This document shows, piece after piece, positions 33,059 through 45,916 of a stretch of DNA of 64,000 nt (position 1 is the stretch's first letter; each line of letters opens with the position of its first letter). The DNA comes from Chrysomallon squamiferum (Eukaryota > Animalia > Mollusca), in contig CM022665.1 in assembly GCA_012295275.1 (NCBI GenBank), positions 30,628,001 to 30,692,000 of the forward strand. Direction: 5' to 3'. The translations under genes were made by a program, and so were the position numbers. Below the pieces are notes generated by a model. The model was not told the origin of the DNA. It was given only the letters and a program-made list of their open reading frames with translations, and searched no databases.

Positions 33059-34464
33059 CTCTTCAAACTATGGAAATAAAACCACAAACCCATTCCTTAA
33101 GTACAGCTAATTTATCCATGCAGAAAGAAATGTGAATAATTCTCCAAATATAGCATATTAAAATCGCACTATTGTATCCATAAACTGTTATCATTATCAT
33201 TACTGTTATCATTATCATCATTATTATTAATGAAGATGGAGATTGCAAATATAGCTGTAATTTGGAAATCTCAATTGGTAGTTCTGTTTCCACAGTTTGA
33301 ATCAGTGTATAATTTTTTATTGTATCAATAACTACTTTTGTGCATCGACATCTAAACAAAATTAAAACAATTAAGAATTCTAGTCAGTATTCAGACCAAA
33401 GGTTTAGCTGACTATTTACTAACTCAAAGTAATACCTTGTTTTTTTGTTTGCTTAATATTAATTCAAGTATGATAAATTAGATAACGGTAACACAGAAAA
33501 TAATTTCTAGTAGTCATTTGCAACACAAAATTAATTAAAATGCACACAAACATTCATATAAATACACATGGTCTTTTGTTTAAATTTGAATATATTATTT
33601 AATATTTTATTTGGTATATATACAATGAATTTATTTCAGAAAGGTGAAAATAAATTTAAAAAACTCTCTGAATACTTGTAGAAACATTTAGTAATGTGTA
33701 CTATGCAAACCAGTTTAAATATTTAGTAATATTTAACAATTGTATATGTGTGTTGGTATAATGTGTGAAAACATGAATATTCCTGGTGTTGGCATAATTA
33801 CACATATTGCAAAGACTGCTGCAGTGTTTAATATTTCATTTATAAATATTTAGCTTAATTTTATTCTATTTTAATTTTATATATTGGGGTGGTTCTTTTT
33901 AATTTTAATTTTTTTTGTTTTAACTGATGCATGGATTTGTTTTAAATTTTGTTAACTGAAAACAACCACATATTTATTTTTCCACATATATTTTATATTT
34001 GTTTTTCCATATATATTTTTATTTCCATTTTTTCATTTTATTCCCTTATTTAATTAATACCAACATTTTTTTTATTAATTGTAAACTTGTGTGGAATTTG
34101 ACAATACAATTACTTTGCATTGAAACCTAAATGGAGTTCAGTGTTGTTATTTTAATTCCTTTAGTTATCCAAGTTTCACTATTTATTACAATTTATCTAT
34201 TATAGATGTGTTTTATAGTCAGGCCACAAAATCTCATTTAAGCTAAAATTCAATTACTGGATTCATTTATGAATTTGCTTTACTTGTTAAAGTGATAATA
34301 ATTAATTTAGTTAGTATCACACAAATTGTCAACATCTTCATTTAAATAAAAACATTTTATCAATAAAATTTATTTTTCTTATTTTCCATGATCATTATAT
34401 ATAATTTCTTGTAACTGAAATTTCTTTTACTATTTATTTATTATATTATATTATTATTATATTA

Positions 34465-34499
<35 letters not shown>

Positions 34500-34924
34500 G
34501 TTGATAATTTTTTTTTTTAAATTAATAATAAAATGAAGATTTCTACATATGTAAGATTTGATATAGTATGGTGACTTAACTCTTCGATGTAATACTATGA
34601 GCTCTAAGTGAATTGTATAAAATATTGAATTTATTTTATCTGCTCATTGCAAAAGTAAAAAATGTTCAGTATATAACAAAGACAGTTTGTCAAATCAAGT
34701 ATTGACCAGTACTTTATACAGAATCAGTAGTATTCTTGTGACTGGTTTTGAAAATATCATGTATGTTAGAAAAGATGTTGCCATGATGATGTATTAAAAA
34801 CCAAAGAAAGCTAAGGTTTTATAAAGAGTTTATTAGTACATTTGATATCAGTTTTATTTCAGTTTATTATGCTCTTCAAACTATGGAAATAAAACCACAA
34901 ACCCATTCCTTAAGTACAGCTAAT
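33059..34924 (+). repeat. Exact 53-bp direct repeat (33059-33111 and 34872-34924) containing AATAAA
   Basis: CTCTTCAAACTATGGAAATAAAACCACAAACCCATTCCTTAAGTACAGCTAAT occurs twice, 1.8 kb apart. Confidence 0.9.
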
Positions 34925-35472
34925 ATAAATTGGAGAAAATAATATTCCAAAACTTTTGAATCTGTATTTACCATAAGTTGGGAGAGGTTCTGAAGCTCAG
35001 TGGCAGACTGAAGCTTGAACAATTATGGGGGCCCTTCACAAGCAACAATGAGGTCTGGGTAGCTACTCTTACCTTCTTATATAACAACATTCCATGACAG
35101 GTTTTAAATATTTAGATTTGGATTAAAATTTTGAAGAAATGTGGACTAAAATTGCTTGTGGGACCCCTCTGGGAAATTTTGAATATTTATTTTTTATTAT
35201 CTGCAATATTGTTCTGAATTATTTAATAATATACTCAGGTTTAGTTGTACACTGTAATTATGTAATATGTGTTAAAATACAACAACAAATGTCCTTTCCA
35301 CAAAAATACATTCAGATATTTAAAATCAAATAAACTTAGCAGCACATATAACATTTATCAGTCAGTCTTTATTTCAAATATATTATCAAATTAGAAATAA
35401 TTATGTACAGCACAGTTGTTGATAGAACAAAACTGATTACCTGATATCTCATTTGTGTCTTTTGTACAGTTT

Positions 35473-35671
35473 TACTTATACTTGAGAATCTCAGTTCACA
35501 AACTTAACAAATACACTTCAGAATCTCAGTGCCTAAGCTTATACTTAATTATGTTCTCAAAGTTACTAATTTTATATTATAATCTCACTTCTCAACCTTA
35601 TTAATTATATTTAAGAATCTTTGTTCTCAAACTTACTAATTATATTGAAGAAATTCAGTTCTTGAACTTAC
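35473..35671. repeat. Degenerate minisatellite, about 35-bp unit
   Basis: Recurring AAACTTACTAATTATATT.AAGAATCTCAGTTCTC-like units. Confidence 0.7.
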
Positions 35672-37022
35672 TGGGTTAAATGTAGATACAAGTGTGAATT
35701 CTATTCAGCTCTTAACCTCTAAAAATGATATTAGTTGAAATTTTATGTATATCTTTCGAAAATTAAATGTCTGTTTATGTCGTCTTCTTGGCATTGACAG
35801 CATTTGAGATAATGCTTATTGAATATGTTTTGGGAAAAGTTCATTTATTTGGTTTTTGAATCCAAAGGGAGATAACAGATTTAACATTGACAACATCTGC
35901 AGAAATTGTTACTGTTACTACATGCAAATCAAAACTGGAAAACAGCTTAATTTATTTATTTATTTATTTTATTTTATTTTATTTTATTTTATTTTATTTT
36001 ATTTTATTTTATTTATTTAATGTGTTTGTTGTTGTTTTTTAATTTACTGGGTTTTTTTTCTTCTTTCTAAGGTAATAATTTGCAACTTGCGAAGAATGTC
36101 ACACTTTGTATGATCTTATAGTATTAGTGGTGTTTTGCTGTGGGATGGATTGAATCAGCTATATCTATCAAAGACAAATCCATACATCGTACTTGTATTA
36201 TGTGACACCTCTGGGGATGTTTTAACATTTAATACAGATTTTACCACACTATGTTTAGAACTGTTATTCTAAATACTGAGTCTTATTATTGGCAGGTTTA
36301 TTATTTCTTTCCTCCTTTCTTTATTTATTTATTATTGCCTGCATGCACAATTCTAGCTATCATCTTAATATTTATCCCAAATTACTATTTTCTGGCTATG
36401 AATTTCACAGATCTATATATATATATGTATCACTCACTCACTCCTCTCCCTCCTTCCAGTGGATGTCAATAATATTTTCATGAAATTTCCAAATCACTTC
36501 CTGGCTCTGGCTACCAAATCTTATATGCTGTTTGAAAATTATTTTAAAACACAGTACACAGTGGTATCTGCACTTGGTAATAAATTTGTTATGTTCTGTT
36601 GTCAAACATTGTGTTGTTCACAAATAACTACTTAGTTTGTCAGACCTCTCTACAAAATGCAAGACTCTAATAGATTAACCATATACATGTTTTACACCAA
36701 AATGGGATAGGCAAATTTCGCTTTCAACCATTATCTAGGATTTCAGCAAAGAGCCATAAGTTGTCATGGTGATGAATGTAATTTGTTTGAAAATGAGTTT
36801 CATTATAGATGGGGGAAAAAAAAAAAAATAATAATAATAAGATAATATAACAAGAAAAAAAATGTGATAAATTAAAATCAGCAACATATAGATAGAAGTC
36901 TGTAGTGCCCATCCTAGAGTTATATGCATAAATTATTAATAATTTAATTAATGAATGCACTTAAAGATTATCTGAATGTAAACTGATTTATAATGAGAAT
37001 GAAACTTTATATATATATATAA

Positions 37023-37072
37023 TAAAGTAATACATACATATATATATATATATATATGTATGTATTACTTTA
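37023..37072. repeat. Perfect ~50-bp palindrome centred on (TA)n
   Basis: TAAAGTAATACATACA(TA)nTGTATGTATTACTTTA is its own reverse complement. Confidence 0.85.
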
Positions 37073-39212
37073 GTGTTAACAAAGGTTAAAAGACAGGTAT
37101 GTTTTCTCCCCAGTATGAGAAAATAATATAGGTTCTATTTTTGTTGTCCATTGAAAAAAAATAACATTTATTATCTACATGGTCTTTAGCCATATATGTA
37201 TGTGATGATCATTTAATCATGCATTCTCCAGTAAATTCTCAGTAACTATATCATTATTAATATATCTTTTCTTATGCAAACTGTCCTCTTCATGCACATT
37301 GTAATATGCCTGAATGTTCACAAATAAATGAATTTTCATCATCAGATCTAATATGAAACATTACATCATCTGACAGTTGCAAAATTTATTGAGCAATATT
37401 ATCAGCAGTTAATTTACTCATTGTGGAAATTAATTTTTATATACAATGCTAATGGCATTGCTTCATAACATTGATTACCATTAATGTCAAATCCATGTTC
37501 ACTAACGACAAATTTATACTGATCAAGATGATAATAAATACATTTATAGAAATCAAATACTCTTGCAATTGATAAGCCGAGATGGCAACTGCTGATAACT
37601 CTGTATTTATGAAGAAGCTACAGAAAAATAAAAAAAATAAAAATAATAATAATAATAATAATAATAAATATTGATTAATTAGATTCAGAACTTGAAAGGA
37701 ACCCAATTTTATTTAATCTTATGTTTACTCAAATTTTTAAATTTTTTATGGATGCGTCAAAGAGAAAACTGTTTATGTTTGCCTAACAAATTATTATATA
37801 TTGATTAGTTCTAGAGGATTTTTTAAATTATTTTTATTTTTTATTTCTGTTTTTATTTTTTTATTTATTTACTTATTTTATTATCATCATTATTATCCTT
37901 GTTGTTGTTGTTGTTGTTAGTATTATTAAAGTACTTTTTTTTTTTATGATTTTTATTTTTTCATAAATATTTTTCCTTTTTTTTTTACTTATTTATTTGA
38001 AGAGCATAAGTTGAAAATATATCAGTTTTCAGAATTTCAAGTGTTAGCACAATCCAACACCTACAACTTTTTTTTAATAAGCCAGTACAGTGCCCAAGTA
38101 CGAATGTTTATTAGCTATCTGTAGGGAGTGGGGGGAGGGCCCGACATGAACGAACTGTATAAAAATAATGTTAACAGAATATCCTCTCTCTCTCTCTTTA
38201 GCCATATATGTATTTCTCTCTCTCTACATACGTGCATGTGTATGTGTGTGTGTCTGCGTGTGTGTCTGTCTGTGTGTATGACACTGTTGTTATTAATCAC
38301 ATTACCTAGCAACGATATCAGTTAATGAAAAAAAGCTTAATAAATGTTTAAAAATAATTATCACTTATCTCGCGTTTGGGTTGATTCCAACGAGAAACTA
38401 TCTAAAAACCGCTAGTTTACTAACAGTTAAACGCTTGTTGTTGATCAAGGTGGATACATTTCTTCACGATCTTTCAACTAATAAACAAACGAATTATTAC
38501 CCAAAACAAACAAAACAGAACAAAACAAAAATTATGGTCGATCGATCATCTACTTACGTATAAAGAAATTTGATAAGTTAAATATGGATTGTTTAAAGTG
38601 TGGAACGTTTGTGTCGTGTGATGAAGCGGACGCCGTTGTGCGATATCATTGATCAAATTTGCTCCATGTGGAAAAAACCATCGATCGCACTATCGCCAAT
38701 CTATATATGAAATGCTGTGAGTGATACGAGTTCCATTTGTGAATTTTCTTTTTTCACAATACGTTAGACTGTCATTGCTGGAATCAGGTAAATATAATAA
38801 AAATCAGTTATAACTTATTAATTTATTTATTTATTTATTCGTTTATTTATTTTAGTGTTTTGATGTAAACAGACTGTTATTCAGTTATATTATTTCTGTA
38901 TTTGAAAACCGTGACTGTTTAGTAAAATATTCATCATTGTCTAAAATGTCAAAATGAAACTGGTTATTATTGTTAAGGATTTTTTTTTTTTTTTTTTTTT
39001 TTTATAATATTGTATATAATTTAAGGACAGTTTTTGAAAACGATTGAAAAAGAATAACATCTCCTAGATATGATTCAGTATTTAAAATTAGAACTGAATA
39101 CATTATAGACTGCCTGTAATACATTTTATTTAGAGTTATTTTTCGATTACTTTAATTATCTGAAATTTATTGTTAACTTAGGTGGTGTTGAAATTACTAT
39201 TATCAAATAATG

Positions 39213-39214
<2 letters not shown>

Positions 39215-39278
<64 letters not shown>

Positions 39279-39696
39279 CTTTTTCGTGATACTGTTATTA
39301 TTCATCTATATATTTGTTCATTAATTTAATTGTCTATTTTATTATTGTCCATCTAGATAGGAAAGTAAATTTCAAGATGCTCCAACGTAAAACTGATTTT
39401 TTAAATAAATAAAAATAGCATAAATCAAGCCGAAATCACGAAATAAGACGTGGAAGAAGATGATGATGATGATGAAGACGACGACGAAGAAGAATATAAT
39501 TTAAACATTTGTTTTGAGTACTAAATAATTATATGTCATCCTTAATCAAGGCATTTAATAATAAATAAATATTTTTTAAAAATATGTAATGAACATATTG
39601 AGGTCATCTTGTACTAAAAGCTGGAGAACCGTGAAATTCAGAAAATTTGTAAATGATTTTATTTGAGGATGTAACTTTCAAGAAGAAAGGGGTTTC

Positions 39697-39762
<66 letters not shown>
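39215..39762. repeat. (TC)n tract at 39215-39275 and (GA)n tract at 39699-39762
   Basis: Two directly visible, mutually complementary microsatellites. Confidence 0.95.
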
Positions 39763-39765
<3 letters not shown>

Positions 39766-40502
39766 GATGAGAGAGCAAGAGGTGGTTGCTTTTAACTTAA
39801 ATTTGTGTTTACATATCGGCTCAGTATAGCTTCCAAAATCTTTATCACAAAATATCATAAGTTCTTAGCTTTGGTAACTTTCGTCTTATTCTTTGTATTT
39901 TCATTCAATGCTATGAAATAATTTTGCGAAAATAAGGCAGAGATAAAAAGTAATTGTTTATATTACTAATTTAAAATATAAATGTTAAAATTAGAAAATT
40001 TAAATATTTTTAAAACGATAAACACTGTATGTACATTCAGTTTTATCACAATGAATACTAATGTGATTTACGTAATTTTATTAGTTTGTTTTTAATTAGA
40101 TATTTTTGCATTTTATACTAACTCCAACCGAAAAAGCTAAAAATTAGTTACCTGCATCTAATAAATCTCTCTTTCTTTTGTAAGACTACAATAAAATATC
40201 CTATATATCCGCACAAAGCTCGACTCCATAAAATTCAGAACAAGTTGACCATCTGCAGTTTCGAGTGTTAAAGTGAACACATAGATGTGTTGTATTTTGT
40301 TTGATTAAAAAGGGATATAAATTATTAATTCATTCAATGATTTTCTTTCCATTTAAGTATGTTTCCTTTGTTATCTGTTATTTATGTGTAGTTTTACAAA
40401 TAGATTCACGTAGATGTTGTTTTTTTTTTTTTTCAGAATTCACCATTGTCATGTCCACATTTTCCCCTGATACTTATTAATACGAACTTAAAATATTTAT
40501 AA

Positions 40503-43500
40503 ATGGAAAAAAATAAGTTTGACACTGATGCCGGTTCCGACGACAAATCAGCTATGTACAGTGTGAATAATTCATCACCGAAGCCACAACAGCCCACCGA
40601 GGAAAATGGTTTGCTGATTACAGACAATCTTATCGAACTGAGTGAAAAAACGACGTTACAAACTGAATCATTGTCAATACAGAATATTAAGCCCGACAAG
40701 CTGACTGAACCAGAAATTGAAAGAAAATCTGGAACAGAAGCCAGGGCGAAAGTAAATTCAGTTTCTAGTACAAGCGACAGTTTATGGACAAGTGAAGCAA
40801 GTGTTTCTTACGATAAAAATATCAGTGAAGAAAAGAACGATATATCGAAATCACCGGCTTATTCGAATGACACGTCGCATTCTAACACAGAATCTAACAA
40901 CAAAAAGACAGAATTTGAAATAACAGCTCATACAGAAAATTCAGATGCAAACAAAAATGATGATTTCAGCATTAGTCAAACCAGCTCTGCCCATGCAGTG
41001 AGAAGTGATGATTCTGATAATATTATTTCAAAATGTGCAGGAGACGATGAATCAAACAAAGTAACCAAAAACATTTTGGATCCTAACCAGAAAGAAAATA
41101 CGTCTGTTTTAATTGTTGCTCCAGAGGAAATAAATCTAAATCCGAACAACAACAGCAATTGCAACATTTACAAAGCTGGACTTGATGAAAAAAATAACCA
41201 GGAAAATCATAATGGTATCATAGAATTAGCAGTAAACGATATTCCAAGTGTACAATTCTTTGAATCTCAACAGACAAATATTTTAACTGAATCTAATAAA
41301 GAAACTGTAAAAGAGAATCAAGGACAGAATACTACTTGGAGCAAAGAAAACTTAACTGCTGATCAAAGCAAAGACTTGTCTAATGTTTTAGACCCTGACA
41401 ATAGTGATATTAATACAACTAATAAATCAGACAGTAATACCGAAAATACTGAAGAACATAACGATAAAACAAAAGATACTAAACTCCATTTAGATATGGG
41501 TAAATCTGAGAGCAAAGACATCATTACTACATTAAATACCACTCTAATGGCTGAAGCAGAAAATGCAGATATACGTGATCAAAAAGACATGCCAGAACTG
41601 AAGTCAGTGGATGAAGTGTCGTCGTCTGCGAAACAGGTGTCATCAGCGCTCGAAATCTCAAAGGTCGCTACAGATGGAAATTTGGAAAAAGACAATGATG
41701 AAAAACAAAAGAAAAATGAAAAAGAACAAGCTGATAATAAAGAACAAATCACACTTGTTGATAACAAAGAACAAACTTCTACAAAAAATATTATTAAAAC
41801 AAACAAATCATCATCTGAAGGAAAACCAGTAGCAAGATCAAAGCCTCAAAGGGACAGAAAAACGAACACAGTTCGAGACGGAGCTTTTAGAACTACCGGC
41901 CGTAAATCTTCAACCCCTAGAAATATAAACACTAAAAGAGATGATCAAAAGACACTGGCTTCAAAAGACATGAGAAAAACAACCCCAGCTAGAAAAATTG
42001 GAATTGATCATTCTCGAGAAAAACTTGGACAGAATGCCGTAGTGAAAGACACAAAATTCCAGAAATCTTCATCCACTGATAAATCAACTCCTTTGACAGG
42101 TCGAATATCGGACGACTCAAAAAACAGAGAAACTGATGAAAAACAAGACTCCGAAAAGAAACCACTTTCAGAAAATAAGAATAAAGCAGAAGCAGAAATT
42201 CCTTCATCCACAAAAGAAAAGGACGCTGAGCAAAACAAATATGATATAAAGAAGAATAAAGATGAAAGTTCTCATCCTAACACTAGTCTTTCCGTTATTG
42301 ATGAAAATGAAGAAATTAAAAAGCCTCAGAAAGTGAAGTGGAACGAAAAAGTTATCATCCAGACAAAGAATAATGAAAAGAAACAAGTACCTAACGGGAA
42401 CGTTGTAACGAAAGAAAACCAAGAAAATGATAAACTACAAAAAGCTGAATCAGCTCTAGATGGCAAAGCGAACAATGTCATCGAAAAGAATCAAACTGTG
42501 GTGACAATCGAAGAAGGCAGTGCACACGAAAAAGACGGTGAAAAATTTAATCCAAAAGCTATTTTCGCTAAAGCGGTCTGGAACAAGGCTGGAAAAGATA
42601 AACCAGGGTCTATGGCTATGAATGGACCAACTAAGACACTGAGTAAGTCTTCCTTGGCAGTGCGAAGTGGTTCCACAGTTGAGGAAAAAGAGGAGAAATT
42701 ATCAGTAGAATCACGCAGAGATTCCACAAAACTTTCCCTCGATTCCGTCTCCCACAAATCTATAGACTATCGGAATGCTACAACCATTATTAATCCCATT
42801 CCAGAAGAAAAACCTCGATCTCTTCTGAACAGCAATGATTCGTGGATCCGCTCGGCAATTCCTTATCAGCCATTAAGCTTGTCGATTCTCTGTTTGTTCC
42901 TAAATGTTATTTTACCTGGATCGGGTTAGTGGTTGCTTATATTTTTGTTTCAGTAAATGTTCAAAGCAGGAAATGTGACGATAAAGTTGTTGTTTTTTTT
43001 ACATATATTTTGATTGATAACTTGTATCTATTTACACTGGTTAACAGAAAGCGAATATTGTAGTAATAAGATGAAATTAATTTTTCGAAAGGTTTACTAA
43101 AATAATCCGAGGGTCCTGATGTCACTACCCATATAAATTATCTTCCCATAGTTTCGTTATTTTTCACTATTTTCTAAACTTCTTATATAATTTCAGCAGT
43201 ATTTATAGTTCAGAATATAAAACGTTAAAGTGAACTTTTATTTATTATTATTATATTGTAGGAACTATAGTAAGCGGATTTTCAATTCTGTGCTGCGGGA
43301 AAACACGAGTCACCAGCAAAGATGACCACGTGCCTATTACGGTGTGTTTGAACATCTGGGTTGGAGTAGCTCAGTTCTTCACCATCACTTTCTGTCTTGT
43401 TGGATGGTTCTGGAGCATCGCCTGGGGAATCAAGATGATTATCCTTTCAGGTGAGTCAGATTGAAAATATGTTTTAATATATTATGTTCTTCTGTGGGTT

Positions 43501-45916
43501 TCTTAAATCATCGTAAACGTGTATTTCTTCAAGTCTCTATAAAACAGAGAGTACGACAAAGCTTCAAATCTTCCAGCGTTATACATAATAATGTTGAAAT
43601 AATGAAGATACAATCTAACTTTTTATGTTAGATGTATTATATATACCTCGACTTACGAGTGCCCGAACTTACGAGTTTTCCGAGTTACAAGCGAACTTCA
43701 GACACGCTTCCGCTAGTTGGCGCAACGAACAACATAACATGCGGCCAGCATCCCGCGTCTGACTCGCTCACTTTGCGTGGTTACTTCGCTGCGGAAGCAT
43801 CTCTGTTGTGTTGTGCTCGCGTTTTGTGCAGTGTTTTGACCAAATTATTTTTTTCTGGCCATGGATCCTAAGAAAGGACAGTGCTGAGAAGAAGCGGGTG
43901 ATGTCCATTGAATTAAAGCTTGAATTCATAGAAAAACATGAGTGAGTAGTGAATGTACTCGACTTGGCTAAGCAGTACGAGCGTAGTACTTCTACGATGT
44001 GTACCGTACTGAAGCAGAAGGAATCAAGAAAGGCTGTAACTCCAGCCAAAGGCGTTAAAATAATTTGTCTGATCTCCAAGATAAATACACTTTACAAAAC
44101 CAATTTATTTCTTTACATTCTCTTTTATTATAATTTTTAAAAATATTTGTCATTTATAAATACATTTTTCTTATTTATAATAACGTAAGAAAAAAGAAAA
44201 AATATATATATATAAAATAAAGGGGTGGTTTTGGGGGGGGGCTGGAACGGATTAATGGTATTTCAGTTAATTTCAGCTGGGAAAATTGATTTGATATACG
44301 AACAAATTGAGATACGAGCTCGATCACGTAACGAATTAAACTCGAAGGTCAAGGTACCATTGTATCTATCTATCTATCTATCTATCTATATATATAAAGT
44401 TTTTTCCTTCATTATTATTATTACTACTACTATTAATCTTCAATTACAACACCAAATCTTGAGATTCAAGATATTTTTGTCTGTGAAGTCAAACCTATGA
44501 AATATCGACAGAACTTGTGAAGATTATGTTGGACGTGGTCGTGTTTCTGGGAGACTTTCTCATACAAAGGGAGCAGGAGGAGTGAGCGGAAGAATGCCAC
44601 TTTTAGAAATAATGACTATTGATTATCCATTTGTAGCTTTGTTCTCGGGTAAACACAGAAGTTTACCTTAGCAACAAGAACAGCTTTACGCCATGCGGAT
44701 CAACGAGTGAATTGGCGATCATTACATTATAAACAAAAGCAGCAAAGAAAAAATATAACGTGTTCTCTGTGTGGTTCTGATACAGTTTCGGTTATAATTA
44801 TAAAGCTGATGGACATTTGTAAGATTTACTGCATAGTAAAAGAATAGCGTTAATGGTGTTAGGATTATTATTATTTTTATTTTTATTTGTTTACGGTTAT
44901 TCTCAAGAAAAACAATTTCCTGACTATTAATGGTGGTAGATATGGGAAAGATGTCTTTTAAATTACAATTTTTAAAACATTAATAATGATGATGATTATG
45001 GGTATGATTATGACGATGATGAACACTGGTTATTTTTCCTGTTATATACATATACATATATACTCAGATATACATATATACAAGCAAGCATGCATGCACG
45101 CACTCACATTTACAAACATACATACGTATAAATATTTTTGAATATTTAAATTTGAAAATTCCAGTGAATAACAATGTGAACAAAGAGTTCGTTATGTAGT
45201 ATTAATTTAAATAACAAATCGGCGACTGTTTAAAAACTCCAATACCAACGTATCCATTTTGTATGGAAGTATAAGCTGCTATATAATATTATAGAAAGCC
45301 TTAACGTTTGGTTTTTATTAGATAAATGGATTACTTTTCTCCAGGGAAAACTTGTTATCACAATCTATTGCTGGTTGTTACGCACTGTAACAACAGTACT
45401 TGAATTTGAAATTATGATTACTACTGTATTAATTTTTCATGACTTTTAACATGCGACTTAAAATTACTGGAATGTTTATTATAACTAATACTCTGTTGAC
45501 GTTACACAAATTTTAACTTTCGTTAACTTTAGCATTATACTGTATGACTTTTAATATATATATAGTAGCATATTAACATTACATTACTTTTAGCTTATGA
45601 CCAGTATGATATTAACAATAGATGAATTTTAACAAATGACTAGTATCTTATTAACATTACATAAATTTTAACATATGACCAGTATTATAGTAATATTACA
45701 TGAATTTTAACCGATGACTCTAGTGTAATATTGTATTATTGTTACATGAATTTTCAGTTATGATCAGCATTATATATATATTAAATCATTTATTGTTCTT
45801 TTATTTCAGTTGAATATCGACGAGAACTAAAAGCAAAACGAGAAATGGAGTTACAAGCCATGGCTCTTAGTGCTTTTGGCTCCCCATCACGTGTACGTCA
45901 GTTATTCCATACATGA
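40503..45916 (+). CDS. STUM: Protein stum homolog (SPEC3/Stum family), about 905 aa, with a long low-complexity N-terminus
   Basis: Exons 40503-42924, 43262-43450, 45810-45916 are in frame. The C-terminal IRSAIPYQPLSLSILCLFLNVILPGSGTIVSGFSILCCG...NIWVGVAQFFTITFCLVGWFWSIAWG is the Stum/SPEC3 membrane domain. A probable upstream non-coding exon ends at 38787 (CAG|GTAAAT). Confidence 0.88.
43638..44362 (+). mobile_element. Non-autonomous Tigger/pogo-like (Tc1-mariner) DNA transposon, copy A, in the last stum intron
   Basis: Right TIR ...GTCAAGGTACCATTG followed by TA. Left TIR eroded (TACCTCGACTTACGAG). Internal truncated CENP-B/psq-type HTH (AEKKRVMSIELKLEFIEKHE*...LAKQYERSTSTMCTVLKQKE). Confidence 0.85.
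45410..45775. repeat. Degenerate minisatellite, about 39-bp unit
   Basis: Repeated TATTAACATTACATGAATTTTAACATATGACCAGTAT-like units upstream of the last stum exon. Confidence 0.7.

Noticed and set aside
39450-39495. Acidic-coding-looking GAA/GAT/GAC run
   Set aside because: Triplet microsatellite with no convincing splice sites and a stop shortly after.
40433-42757. Multiple minus-strand ORFs over the large stum exon
   Set aside because: Antisense shadows of a biased coding exon.
35473-45775. Spaced repeats at 35.5 kb and 45.5 kb as CRISPR-like arrays
   Set aside because: Degenerate head-to-tail minisatellites without unique spacers, in a eukaryotic context.
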